The notes beneath the pieces are model-generated. The model had not been told where the DNA came from. It saw nothing but the letters and a program-made list of their open reading frames with translations, and did not search any database. The position numbers were made by a program, and so were the translations under genes. Of a stretch of 15,790 nucleotides of DNA, positions 1 through 10,209 are shown one piece after another. Source of the stretch: Amoeboradix gromovi X-113 (Eukaryota > Fungi > Sanchytriomycota); NCBI GenBank assembly GCA_018985225.1, contig JADGIF010000178.1:1-15790 (forward strand), read 5' to 3'. Numbering within the stretch: the first letter of the stretch is position 1; the number at the start of each line of letters is the position of its first letter.

Positions 1-230
1 TTGTGGACAGAGATGTGAATGCATGTTGTAATAATCTTCAAGTGATAGATAGTTTGCTAGCGAATGGTGAGAGACCAGGTTGGCAATAAAGGATCACTGA
101 TAAAGTAGTTTCGCCTATTGCCTAGGTGAAGAAATATGGGACACTACTGTGTAAAGTTCAACTGGGTAAATGTCGTCACTCGTTTTTTACTCCCAGTCTA
201 CTTTTTACAGAGTGTGTCCCACAAGAGACA
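1..230 (+). mobile_element. Right end of a TIR DNA transposon carrying Fanzor1 (family B), truncated by the window
   Basis: The terminal 26 nt (205-230, AGTCTACTTTTTACAGAGTGTGTCCC) align without gaps to the right TIR of the 9855-10244 element (AGTCTAGTTTTTATATTTGGTGTCCC). They lie directly downstream of a Fanzor1 stop codon. Confidence 0.7.
3..89 (+). CDS. C-terminal end of a Fanzor1-type (TnpB-family) nuclease, 5' part outside the window (family B)
   Basis: Manual translation from nt 3: VDRDVNACCNNLQVIDSLLANGERPGWQ*. It has the RuvC-III 'DRDxNAxxN' motif and the 'G-x-R-P-x-W' tail typical of Fanzor1 C-termini. Not in the ORF track. Intactness cannot be judged. Confidence 0.8.
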   Translation: MDRDVNACCNNLQVIDSLLANGERPGWQ

Positions 231-250
231 TCAGATATAAAATTTCGACG
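90..250 (+). ncRNA. Candidate Fanzor omegaRNA: scaffold about 90-230, guide from the flank starting about 231
   Basis: 8-bp hairpin TTCGCCTA/TAGGTGAA (110-130). Long imperfect hairpin 137-231 with TGGGACAC/GTGTCCCA, CTGT/ACAG, AAAGT/ACTTT, ACTGGG/CCCAGT and TAAA/TTTA. It sits between the Fanzor stop and the element end, where omegaRNAs are encoded. Boundaries are inferred. Confidence 0.55.
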
Positions 251-762
251 AAATTTTTAAAATAATAGGCGTCATCAGCTAAAAACAATAAAGACATTCA
301 ATACTATTTATTAAATGATTATCGCAAAGAATTTGAGTTTGATGTTTAGAACTATGAGGCACCACCGTTAACATTGATTATTCTGTCTCTCCCTACCCGT
401 TTTACTCTTCTTTATGTACCTTGATATTCATAAATTAAGCAAGTACAGATTGTCAATGAAAAGTTTTACGATTGGAACTTTAAGCCGATGATAAAATAAG
501 ATGAGATATTGGATAATTAGATATCCAACACATATCAGAAAGACTCAAAGAAATGTTTCCCAGAGCATAAGAAATCAAGTATGGAACACATCTACATGAC
601 AGGTTCCAACTTTGAACACAAATCTTAATATAACTCTTCATTTTTGTAAAGCGTATTGCAATCGATGTATGAATGCTATATCTGCAAATGAGTAACAAGC
701 TCTTTCTGTGATTAAATGTACACTCGACGTAATAACAATTTAGAAGAAAGTCAAGCCACTTT

Positions 763-1266
763 ATGAGTTTATTCGTTTTGGATAAGATATTCTTTGATGG
801 AGATTGCGTAACTCCATGGCTACTAACAAGAGAAAGTATAAGAACAGCGCAAACATGTTTGGATTATAACTCTATTAGATGTACGAATAACACATTATCC
901 GCATTTTACTCACAAGCGTGTACTTATGGAATAGCATCTAAAGAGATTAATTTTGATTACGTAAAAGCTACAACAATATTTAGTAAGAAGTATGGAGGAC
1001 CGTACGAGTATGTATACAGAGCAGATGGAAAATGCAGGCAATTCAGCACTTTGACTGGACCACATGGCTTAGGGGTAGTAGCTACATGCAATAAGAATAT
1101 ACCACAAATTCAACAATGTGATGAGAGCTGCAACAAATGCGTAAATGTTAATATGAGTACAATTTATTCAGACTATAGTTGCAAGGTTTATCCAAACGTC
1201 AGTTATTCGCCTAGTCTTATTTCAGTCTACATTTTGTTAGCTATTTTAATAAATATTTTTAACTAA
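763..1266 (+). CDS. Hypothetical Cys-rich protein with C-terminal hydrophobic (GPI-signal or tail-anchor-like) segment, 167 aa
   Basis: 10 Cys, N-glycosylation sequons (NNT, NMS, NVS) and terminal LISVYILLAILINIFN. No clear N-terminal signal peptide. No family recognised. Confidence 0.6.
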   Translation: MSLFVLDKIFFDGDCVTPWLLTRESIRTAQTCLDYNSIRCTNNTLSAFYSQACTYGIASKEINFDYVKATTIFSKKYGGPYEYVYRADGKCRQFSTLTGPHGLGVVATCNKNIPQIQQCDESCNKCVNVNMSTIYSDYSCKVYPNVSYSPSLISVYILLAILINIFN

Positions 1267-1352
1267 TTAGTTAACATATCGTAAAGGCATGTATTTTTTC
1301 AGCTGGATGATAGTCACTTTTCAGGTGGCTTAGAAATATAAAAACACGAAGT

Positions 1353-3734
1353 ATGAGTTTTTTGAGTGCTGATAAATCAAAACTAAAAACTACATCAAAA
1401 TCAAATTTAGACCTTAAAAAGAAAGACGAGATTATCTCCGGGTCAAAAGAGCATTTAAATGTTACAAACGAAGTGAGCACAAGGCGAAAGAGTGATTTCA
1501 GTATCAATTTACTTGATTCTAAACAAAAAGACAAAAACCTTTCCAAATCTCAAAATCTTTTAGACACAGAGAAAAAGAATAATTTAACAACAATTAAAAT
1601 TTCGGATCAAGAACCAAATCCAACTAGCTTGAAGAATATATCTGATTCTAAATCTGACCCAGCGAAGTCCTCAGCGGGTAAAATAAGTGATTCAGCCTCA
1701 AACAGCACAAGGTCAAGTATAAATTCCAACAATGCTTCTAGAAAAAAGATTGCAAAACCAAGAAGTAGTAAGTCAGGTATTCTCATAAAAGATGGTTCAG
1801 CCATTCAAACAGACTTTTTCGTTCTTACTGATGACAATTCCACAGAGGAGCACCTGTCCTCTAAGGATATAGAGTATTCAAACAAGCCAAAACTTCCTTT
1901 TGGCGTCGCTGCTGGTACCGGTATTGCGATGATGTTAACAAAAAATAACATTCAAGATGACAAGAGGGGGGATAAGAGCAGCAATTCATCTTTGGAACGG
2001 AAAACAAATTCAGAAGTAAGTAATTCATCTTTGGAGAAAGCCCATACTAAAGACACACAAAAAACAGAAAATGCGTCAACTCCACCCAATACTACAGCCA
2101 GACCAAGAAGATTGTCCGCTGTTTCTAACTTTCCAGTCCAGCTGGAAAAATCATCAGAGCCTGAGAAACTTGTCGCCACGATTGAAAACCCTGAGCATTC
2201 AATGTGCGAAGTACACAAAGATGATTCAGAAGTTCCAGAAGAGGGGTTCTTCAAAAGTCTAAAGAGAAGGTTATCTAGATCTGGAAGCATTAACAAAGAC
2301 ACGGATGGAAAAGCTAACCCTGAAGCCAAAAAGGAAGAGCTTAAAAAAGAGGAGCCACCAACTGGGCACCTTATCGGCAGGATAAGAGCTGGGTCCAAAG
2401 ATGGCCATCAAATTTTAGACAAACTCAGAAGCCGCTCATCTAGCGCAGCGAAAAGTGAGACTCCCTCAGCAAATGAGCTTTCAATTCACGAAGCCAGTAG
2501 GGAGCCAAGAATTTATGGTCCGGTTCCTGTAATTGATAACAAACCGGTTTTAACATATGCTAGTCTATCCACCCAGGACATTCCAGTTGCAACCGGCACA
2601 CCTGTTAATGGCAATTTATATGGTCTTAAAACCTCGGGACCTATTAGCAGTGTATCCCATCAAGATTTGGGCAAGTCTTATGGAATGTCGTCAAACAGTT
2701 CAAAGCTGGCTGTTCCACCGTCTGTAAACAAAGCATCATCCCAAGCAGATTTGCTGAAGTCCTCGGCAGGTAGTAATTTAAACTCAGCTCTTCCTGCAAA
2801 GTCCTGGACAAAACCTGAAATGGTAAAAAATGAAAACAGAAAGTCGTGGACTCCGGAAGACAGCAAAATTGAAACCAAATCAGATTTTGTAAAATCAGAA
2901 GTAAATCTTTCGACATCTTCTTCCACGTCATCCCAAAAATCATGGAACAAACCGAAGCAAGAAATCATCGTGGAAGCCAAAACACCAGTTATGCCAAGAT
3001 ATTCTAATCCTAATAACAATGGCAATATCGTTCCGGATGTGAAAGCAGGTAACATGGAGATAGAGAAAGGACGAACTGCAGCTCCTTTAAACTCGAACAA
3101 TGCTGAGAAGAAAGACACAAGTTTGCCTGTACAAGAAGTAAAAAAGGAGAGTGTAGCTTCCAAATCATGGATTAAAAAAGATGAATCAGTTAAAGCTGAA
3201 TCAAAAGATATTTCTGGCGCTATAAAAGTTAACACACCTAAACCAAATGAAGTAAAGAATGAGGCTTTAAAATCTGACACTAAGCTAGTTGATATAAAGA
3301 AGGAAACAGAAAAAATTGTGGTGACTCCAGGCAAAATGACAGATGATGTGAAATCTAGTGAAGTTAAAAAAGAGATCGAAAAGCCTATGAATTTGCTATC
3401 TAAAGTTTCTGGACCACTTAAAACGGAATTTAAAAAAGTGACTGAGAATCCAACTGTTTCTAATTCAGCTGAAGTAAACAAACCCATACTCGCAAATAAT
3501 AAAATGGATCCAGCTAAACCAAGTGAGATAAAAAAGGATTCAGAAAAGCCTATATCTCTCCAGTCAAAGGCTCCAGAACTGAACAAACAAAATGAGAGCA
3601 AAAAGGAAAGTGGGAATTCTTCAATAGCCCCAGCTAAAACAGGCAATGCAGCAACACCAACTGTTAAAGAAGAGCCGAAGCTTTCTGGATGGCAAGCTGA
3701 ACTTGCAAGAAGAAATGCACAAAATAAATCATGA
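1353..3734 (+). CDS. Ser/Lys-rich, probably intrinsically disordered protein, 793 aa
   Basis: Uninterrupted 2.4-kb ORF in AT-rich DNA with low-complexity composition, RRLS/RSRSSS phospho-motifs, four KSW repeats and a terminal LSGWQAELARR motif. No globular domain recognised. Confidence 0.85.
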   Translation: MSFLSADKSKLKTTSKSNLDLKKKDEIISGSKEHLNVTNEVSTRRKSDFSINLLDSKQKDKNLSKSQNLLDTEKKNNLTTIKISDQEPNPTSLKNISDSKSDPAKSSAGKISDSASNSTRSSINSNNASRKKIAKPRSSKSGILIKDGSAIQTDFFVLTDDNSTEEHLSSKDIEYSNKPKLPFGVAAGTGIAMMLTKNNIQDDKRGDKSSNSSLERKTNSEVSNSSLEKAHTKDTQKTENASTPPNTTARPRRLSAVSNFPVQLEKSSEPEKLVATIENPEHSMCEVHKDDSEVPEEGFFKSLKRRLSRSGSINKDTDGKANPEAKKEELKKEEPPTGHLIGRIRAGSKDGHQILDKLRSRSSSAAKSETPSANELSIHEASREPRIYGPVPVIDNKPVLTYASLSTQDIPVATGTPVNGNLYGLKTSGPISSVSHQDLGKSYGMSSNSSKLAVPPSVNKASSQADLLKSSAGSNLNSALPAKSWTKPEMVKNENRKSWTPEDSKIETKSDFVKSEVNLSTSSSTSSQKSWNKPKQEIIVEAKTPVMPRYSNPNNNGNIVPDVKAGNMEIEKGRTAAPLNSNNAEKKDTSLPVQEVKKESVASKSWIKKDESVKAESKDISGAIKVNTPKPNEVKNEALKSDTKLVDIKKETEKIVVTPGKMTDDVKSSEVKKEIEKPMNLLSKVSGPLKTEFKKVTENPTVSNSAEVNKPILANNKMDPAKPSEIKKDSEKPISLQSKAPELNKQNESKKESGNSSIAPAKTGNAATPTVKEEPKLSGWQAELARRNAQNKS

Positions 3735-4304
3735 TTATGCTAATCTTAGAGTCCGCGCGTTTCTATTTGAGTGCAGAAGTCGACTAGTTTGCTTCTGAGC
3801 GGAGGCATTAAATATGAATGACGTTTAGTTCATGTTAATACAGTAATTTCAAGTGAAGATATTATAAAGAGATTTTGGTTTAGTTCTACCCAGAGTTCAG
3901 CCCCGAAAGATGAATCCATCAGTATTTCTAGTGAAAAGTTGTTAGCATCTTTACTCTGTTTGAAGGGTCATCCCTGACTCCTAATTAAGTGCTCATTTGC
4001 GAGAAAGCTTGAGTTTTTCACGAGCAATCTGACAAATCCTGCAGCTCAATTACAGCGGTTGTTGTCTTCTTCCGTTTAGCTGAGCTGGAATTGAATACTG
4101 ATACATATTGCAAGTATATGATCTCTATTTACCTCCAAAAGGTGAAAACATGATGATAGAGCATGTTATTAACGAAGATTTCATATCAGAGTTCTTCACA
4201 TAATTTATACGTGATAAAATGCGGGTCAACTTGTAAAATTGAACCAACTAATTTCTACACTGGGCGTCCCATTCTCTGCTTATAAACTCAATTTATTGAT
4301 CAAA

Positions 4305-6612
4305 TTAATCTGATATGTCCAGCATATTCAACTTCTTAAACTCATTGTCCATCAGTATGGGATCAAATACATCATCAAATTTCAATTCTATCTCCGCATC
4401 ATTTAGTTCTAAGTGCGACTGTTCCATTTTGTGTGGGGCTTCCCTACTTATAGCCAAAAGTATGCCTCTATAAGATATCAGCTCCTCTGTACTTGATCTA
4501 AGTTAGTGTTTATTACTCAGCTGTTAATCTTGGTAGTGCCATCAACGCATGAGTATTTTTATTAACGTTCAACAAAACTTCAAAGCTATTTCTTTTAATG
4601 TCTGGCAGCTGATCATTCATAGTATGCAAAAATAAAGTCTGGTACTCTTTCAAATCCAGTTTCTTTAAATTGCGGCAATTACCCTTGTATCCAGATATAC
4701 TTAGTAGCAGAAGGATGTTTGCCCAATAATTGTCATCAACTGCTTCCCAATATTCTAGTATCACGTCATGAGGTACCCATTTGCGCACATTAAATACGTA
4801 GAAGAGCACTTGACTAACACTCCAAAACACATCAGCTACAGGGTGGTTTAACAAAAGGATCAACTGTTTTATCACTGTACTATGATGCAATGTTTTAAGT
4901 TCATTCTCAATAATAGAAGGTTCGTTAATGATCAGATTGGAGAGCAAACAGCACCCATCAATTATCCTAGTAGTTTTGTAATCACAGTTTATATTGTATA
5001 AAGGTTCTAAACAGTATTTGAAACTTATCAAACGCTTTGAATCTAATAGATACTGAACAAATGATACCCACGTATCAAAATATGTGTCAGCAGTGTTATA
5101 CACATCTTTCAATATGCCCCAAGTCATTTCAATAGATTTTACTTGCAGTGGGGGTTTGTCAGATAATAGTTTACAAATAATTGTTAAAAAGACTGATGAA
5201 TCCAAATCGAATGAGGGAACAAACAATATTGAATTGTTTAATGATGTAGTAAACAACTGGCAAGTCTTCACATAAAAGGCATCTATAGCTGATTGGTTCT
5301 CACTGGTCAAGATCAGACTGAGATATATACGCATGACTTCATAATACATCTCATTACGAGGCGTGTGCTTGAATGAGAATAGTATCATTAATAATTCAGT
5401 GTATTGGAATAGAGAAAACTCACTATTGCTTTTGTTTGAGTGGTAGGTCTCAGCTAAATGAATCAGCACAGTTTTTATTGATTTTAGGGTGTCTTGTAAT
5501 TGCAGCTGTTTCTTTACAAGCAATTCAAGCAGTTGTGAGATATGTGAAGCACTAGGCATTTTAAAAGGCAATAGATATTCAAATGCAGTAAACACTATGG
5601 GAGATATAATTGGAAGTGGATTAAATTTAGATTGCAAGTGCTTCAACGGATGCTGCTTGGGGTCGTTTATAGTTTTTATCAGCATATCCATGTGTTCCTG
5701 CTGCATCACCTCCACTATAACAGATAATAAGAATTCTTTTAGTTTACCCAGTGATTTGGACTCTTTTGGAGAATGCATGAATAAATGAAACAAAAGATAG
5801 AAATGAGCCTCATGGTACAGATATCTGCAGTAGTCAATCAAAGTAATTTGCCTTAGCCAGTCACTTTCGTCCTTATCCATAATTTCAAATTCGCTTAGAA
5901 ATAAATCAGTTAAATCGAATTCAAATATTCCATTTATATTTGGAAGTACAGCCCAAAGCCTAATAACTTTAGAATACAGCAAGAGATTAGAAATTGTTTT
6001 GTTAATTAAGAATTGAGTTGGCAATATTAACTTGTCAACTTCGAATGAGTCATTTGATAACAAGTGCTCAACGGTCTTTTCTTCGTTTATGTAACTTTGA
6101 CTGAGTCGAGTATCCAACGAGTTTTGTGAATATATCTTTGCTATTTCAGTCAAATACACAAATGGAATGGTGTCGTCATAAATGGCCTGTTCCATGAAAT
6201 CAAGACAAATATCCTGGATATACTGAGGGTACGACTCCATAACATATAATAAGGACATGGCATTATTCCAAAACACTTTGTCATTGTTAATCGGTTGATC
6301 CAGTAATAATTCGTTCTTCACAATAAGCGTTTTCAGCTCTGATGATGAAAATTTAAAATAAAGAATCGTGGAGAACGGATGCTTGAGCTGGTCCAAGTAT
6401 AGTGGAATACCTGATAAAGGACCAGTTAGACCGCACATGAAAACAAGCCAAGAATATTGCAATTCCGAAATGAGCAGGGTGCCTTGCTCATTTGAAGATG
6501 TTTTACATTGTAGCAACACATTAACCATCTTTAAATGGTCTTGACTGGGTTGTAAAATGTCTATTTCTTCATTCTGAATGCTGAATGGAGGAACACGTAT
6601 GGATTGGAACAT
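4305..6612 (-). CDS. Hypothetical Leu-rich alpha-helical (possibly ARM/HEAT-like) protein, 762 aa; exons 6612-4517 and 4497-4305
   Basis: The stop of the 699-aa ORF lies inside a 19-nt GT-AG intron (4516-4498). Splicing extends the frame by 63 codons (SSTEELISYRGILLAISREAPHKM...NMLDISD*, TAA at 4307-4305). The fold is a guess from composition. Confidence 0.75.
4498..4516 (-). other. 19-nt spliceosomal intron (phase 2)
   Basis: GTAATAAACACTAACTTAG: GT donor, CTAAC branch site, TAG acceptor. Removal joins two open frames. Confidence 0.8.
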
Positions 6613-6675
6613 GTGAAATAAGGAGGAATTTCGAAATAATTAAAAAAAGAATAAACTATACAACATATTTACTTA

Positions 6676-7110
6676 CTAATCGCATATACTGACGCTCTTA
6701 AGGAATTCGATTTTGAAAGAGTCAAATTCGTTTGGGGTGAGATATAAATTATGTCCAAGGCATCCCTTTATAATCAATTCCATTTTCTTCAGTTCACCCA
6801 AAGGTATCTTGGTTTTTTCGTGCCACACATGGATATCCACTTGCATTAACTCCTGAATCTCCATTGCTATCCATAGTGATGTGGAATATACTACATATGG
6901 TTTCCAAAACAATTGATGGTCGTTTCCCACTATAAGTTTGTAAATGTAGTTAACGGCTAGCAATATAGAGTCAATGTTGGGTCTTGTCCTCTGTGTTATG
7001 CATTTTATTTCGTCTTTTATTCTGTCATCATAGCTAATATTAGCATACTTGCAAAGTAACATAGTAACAGCTCGGTATATATCTGTAGTGACCTTGTCTA
7101 TATTGGACAT
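6676..7110 (-). CDS. Divergent single-box cyclin of the PCL/Pho80 type, 144 aa
   Basis: The pattern I-x-x-I-x-x-R-T...ILLAVNYIYKL...SLWIA...W...IPLGELKKME-x-x-I-x-x-x-L-x-x-x-L-x-L-x-x-x-EF matches the Pcl/Pho80 cyclin-box layout. Confidence 0.7.
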   Translation of the reverse strand: MSNIDKVTTDIYRAVTMLLCKYANISYDDRIKDEIKCITQRTRPNIDSILLAVNYIYKLIVGNDHQLFWKPYVVYSTSLWIAMEIQELMQVDIHVWHEKTKIPLGELKKMELIIKGCLGHNLYLTPNEFDSFKIEFLKSVSICD

Positions 7111-7778
7111 CCACTATCCATTTGGGGCTAGCTTTTGATTTAAAAGAAAACTAAGTTATCATGGCATTATTCTATTGGGCCGATTTATCGATCCCGATGA
7201 AAGTTTTATTAGATCGAAGTGTTATTGGCGGAGAAATACCCATTACGCAATTATGAATCACAATGACGGTGTGCATGGTAAACTTAACAATGTAAGAAAC
7301 TCTAATTTGCTATCAAAATTAAGAAAAAACCCTATTTCATATTCTTGATATGATCAACTAGGATCTTGTCACAAACTGAAGAACCCTCTGCAAATCTGTA
7401 TGTCCTTTGTTGGATTTCAGGCTGCTACTGTTTATTATTTACTCCCTTATTTTCAAGAATTGACACATCGTCAAAGTTAAGAATGCGGGGTTGGGATGAG
7501 TTGTAATTTCGAAACATTGCCGGTAGCAATAATTAAACTGAACAGATAAATTTAATTCTTAGAAACATCTTTAGTCTATTACAACTACAGTTCAGAACAA
7601 AGAATTAGATAGTAACTAAGTTATAAACTAAGCTTGAGATTTTACCAACATTCTTTTCAAAGACTATTGATTAATTTATGCTAAACATTGATAAGCCTCT
7701 GCTAGATGTAAGTTGAGTTTGCTAATAGACTTGTCATCCTCTAGGCCGTTGAACATCGTTCCTTTAGTTTCAAAGATA

Positions 7779-9822
7779 ATGAGTTCACTTCTATATCAAA
7801 TATTAATTCCCTTTCAAATATCTATACCTTGTATATATCCATCAAGTACTTTTGAATATTCCTTTCGTTTGCTAGATGATACTACACTTAAGGTAGATCT
7901 AAGTCCTTATCCAATGAAAGTAGAATCCAGATTTTTTACAGCATCCGTAAGCTTTGCAGGAATGACTGGAGAAGGATATGCTTTCATAAGCAAAGATAGA
8001 AGTTGTGAGGAACATCCTCCATTGACAGTAGATTTTACCATAGATGAAACAAGTTATAGAATACAGAAAAAAAACAACATATTTGTAGTACATAGCAATT
8101 CGATAGACGAAGATCTCAAAGAATCTCCAGAAAATGAAAAATTGCTTTGCGGCACTGATTCTGTTGATCCCTTTTTGGCAAATAATATAGATGACCTTCA
8201 AATGGGTCTAGATGAACCAGAGAATTCTTGCCCAAAAGTCACTCAATATTTAGATATTGGAATAGCTGTGGACTGTTCTGTGATGCGGCAATCTTATAGC
8301 ATTGATGCTGCAACCCATGAGATTTTATCGAACGTTGCTCAAACCAACATCGCATATAAAAAGTCGTTCAATATTCAATTGATTGTAACCAAGCTGGATA
8401 TTAGATCAAGCTGTAGTCAAAAATATACAGGAGACCCCAATGAAGTGGAAAACGGGTCAACGGAATATGATAGATGGAACATTCCCTGTAGAAGTGACTA
8501 TTCACTGGTACAAAGATTCGTTGACTTTTCGATATGGAGGGGAGAACGCAAAGATACTTTAGGTTTATGGCATTTATTCAGCTCGTGCTCCACAGATGGA
8601 AAAGTAGGATTAGCTTGGCCGACATCAGTGTGCCGTAACGAGAGCATGGTTGCCAACGATAACTTATATTCCAATGGAGCGGGAATATCTACCAGGCAGA
8701 GGACAAGCTGGAAAATAATGGCTCATGAGATAGCACACAATCTTGGTGCTATTCATGACTGTTTGGCCCCAAATTTAAGCGGTTGCTGTAAATGCTCCGA
8801 AAGTAGCAACGGTGACTGTAACAGCCGGTATCTAATGAATCCTAGTCAAAAAGTAATTACTGAAGATTTCTCACCTTGTACAGTTTCGACCGTTTGCGAT
8901 CAATTGAGCACATTTAACTGCTTATCCAGCGACCCTTCATCAGCGGACGTTTTCAGTAAAAACACCTGCGGAAATGGCATACTGGAAGAAGGAGAGGAAT
9001 GTGATTGTGGCGATCTGTGCGAGAGTGATAGATGCTGTACAGACGAGTGTAAACTAACTCCTGGATCATTTTGCAGCGACAAAAATCAAGCTTGCTGCTC
9101 TGAATGTCAAATCGAACCTAAGAACAAGATCTGCAGGAAAAAAGAGGGTGTTTGTGACTATTCTGAGGTTTGTAATGGCCTAGATGCAGATTGCCCTCAG
9201 GATATATTTGTAGATGATGGAGAGACATGTAGTGATGAGGGAATATCTAATGGTAGTTGTGCTAGTAAGTACTGTACTTCTGCTGACAAGCAATGTACTG
9301 ATATACATCCATCATCAAAAGGAGCATGTGCTAGCGCAGAGATAAGCGCAAATGAAGATGAATGCGTAATGAGCTGCATAATCGGCGGAAAATGCGTTAA
9401 ATTTGAATCATTACTTATAGCCGGTACTCTATGTGGTAACGGATACGGAAAATGCAATCTCGGAAGTTGTGAATTCGCCAGCAGCTGTAAATTAAACTAA
9501 TTTAGTTGACAGCTTCAAAAGTTCTGTAGTGAGCAATCGAATTTACTTTGGAATATCTTTTGGAATAGCATTTATGCTATTGTCACTAGTTTTTACATGG
9601 AAGTGCTCAAACTATAGAAAAGCAAGTAATAAAAAGAGACTAGACAGGGAGAGGAAGATTGAAGTTGAGGCAAGCCCTTTTGTAGACCCGCTTAGTCCAT
9701 TGGAGATTAAATCGTATGCGAAACGCATAATATCATTGCAAACCGGTGGTATCAATAATTCATCAAAAGAAGTTTTAATCGAGGATTCGGACACATCTAG
9801 CAATGTTGCCAATAAACCATAA
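7779..9822 (+). CDS. ADAM (reprolysin M12B) disintegrin-metalloprotease, fungal type, about 674 aa; exons 7779-9486 and 9506-9822
   Basis: Cys-switch-like LCGTD, zinc motif HEIAHNLGAIHD, Met-turn YLMNP, CGNGILEEGEECDCG, disintegrin loop CRKKEGVCDYSEVC and Cys-rich domain. The TM helix IYFGISFGIAFMLLSLVFTW and cytoplasmic tail join via a 19-nt intron. Start placed at the first in-frame ATG (the ORF-track start at 7713 is TTG); the true 5' end is uncertain. Confidence 0.92.
9487..9505 (+). other. 19-nt spliceosomal intron (phase 1)
   Basis: GTAAATTAAACTAATTTAG. Removal gives ...FASS-F-DSFKSSVVSNRIYFG, joining the ADAM ectodomain to its TM exon. Confidence 0.88.
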
Positions 9823-9854
9823 TAAGTTTGAACGTCGCACTATTTTTTGCAAAT

Positions 9855-9884
9855 GGGACATCAAATATAAAAACTTGACTTACT
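9855..9884 (+). repeat. Left terminal inverted repeat
   Basis: GGGACATCAAATATAAAAACTTGACTTACT versus the reverse complement of 10215-10244, GGGACACCAAATATAAAAACTAGACTAACT. Confidence 0.9.
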
Positions 9885-9984
9885 TTCTGTACCAACTTGC
9901 AACATTATTTCAGCATTGTTAATTTTATGGATTTAAGAGGCGAGTGGACATTCAGCAAGACAAGAGTCAGGGAGACTGTCCATA

Positions 9985-10209
9985 GATTACACTTCAAAGA
10001 AATGTAGTGTCTGTGAGAATGACTCTAGAAAAGAGTACCGTCTAAGAAAATGCACCTTTTGCTTAGATGCTCAAAGACCTGATATATTTGAACGAGATGC
10101 AGGGTCTTCTAGTTTTATTTTAAAAAGAGGAATACAATCAATGAAAGAGAATTGGTATAATAGAAGATCTTTTATTAATGATTTCCTCCGTATGGAGCAC
10201 CTCATTTAA
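9985..10209 (+). pseudogene. Fanzor1 C-terminal fragment (zinc finger + RuvC-III), no start codon
   Basis: Manual translation: DYTSKKCSVCENDSRKEYRLRKCTFCLDAQRPDIFERDAGSSSFILKRGIQSMKENWYNRRSFINDFLRMEHLI*. YTS-x-x-CxxC...CxxC...RD is the TnpB/Fanzor signature. The Glu expected just before xYTS is absent (Ile), consistent with a deletion junction. Not in the ORF track. Confidence 0.82.

Noticed and set aside
138-230. Independent 93-bp MITE (GGGACAC...GTGTCCC)
   Set aside because: The flanks ATAT and ACAA are not a duplication. Its position right after a Fanzor stop fits an internal hairpin better, though this is not fully excluded.
231-250. In-window targets for predicted guides (ACAAGAG at about 826 and 9960; AGTTGCTACATCCA versus about 1077)
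   Set aside because: The matches are short or mismatched and expected by chance in AT-rich DNA.
480-698. 72-aa minus-strand ORF
   Set aside because: TTG start, no motifs, and a length compatible with chance.
1271-3646. Minus-strand ORFs 1271-1546, 1607-1804, 1952-2398, 2644-2943, 2678-3646 and plus-strand 2071-2262
   Set aside because: Shadow frames of the 793-aa gene. Their Phe/Leu/Ser richness mirrors its Lys/Glu/Ser codons, and they have no motifs.
3770-4300. Interrupted plus-strand frames and a 7-bp hairpin (CAGAAGT/GCTTCTG) between convergent genes
   Set aside because: No start codon context, recognisable motif or intron-consensus repair. The hairpin is at chance level.
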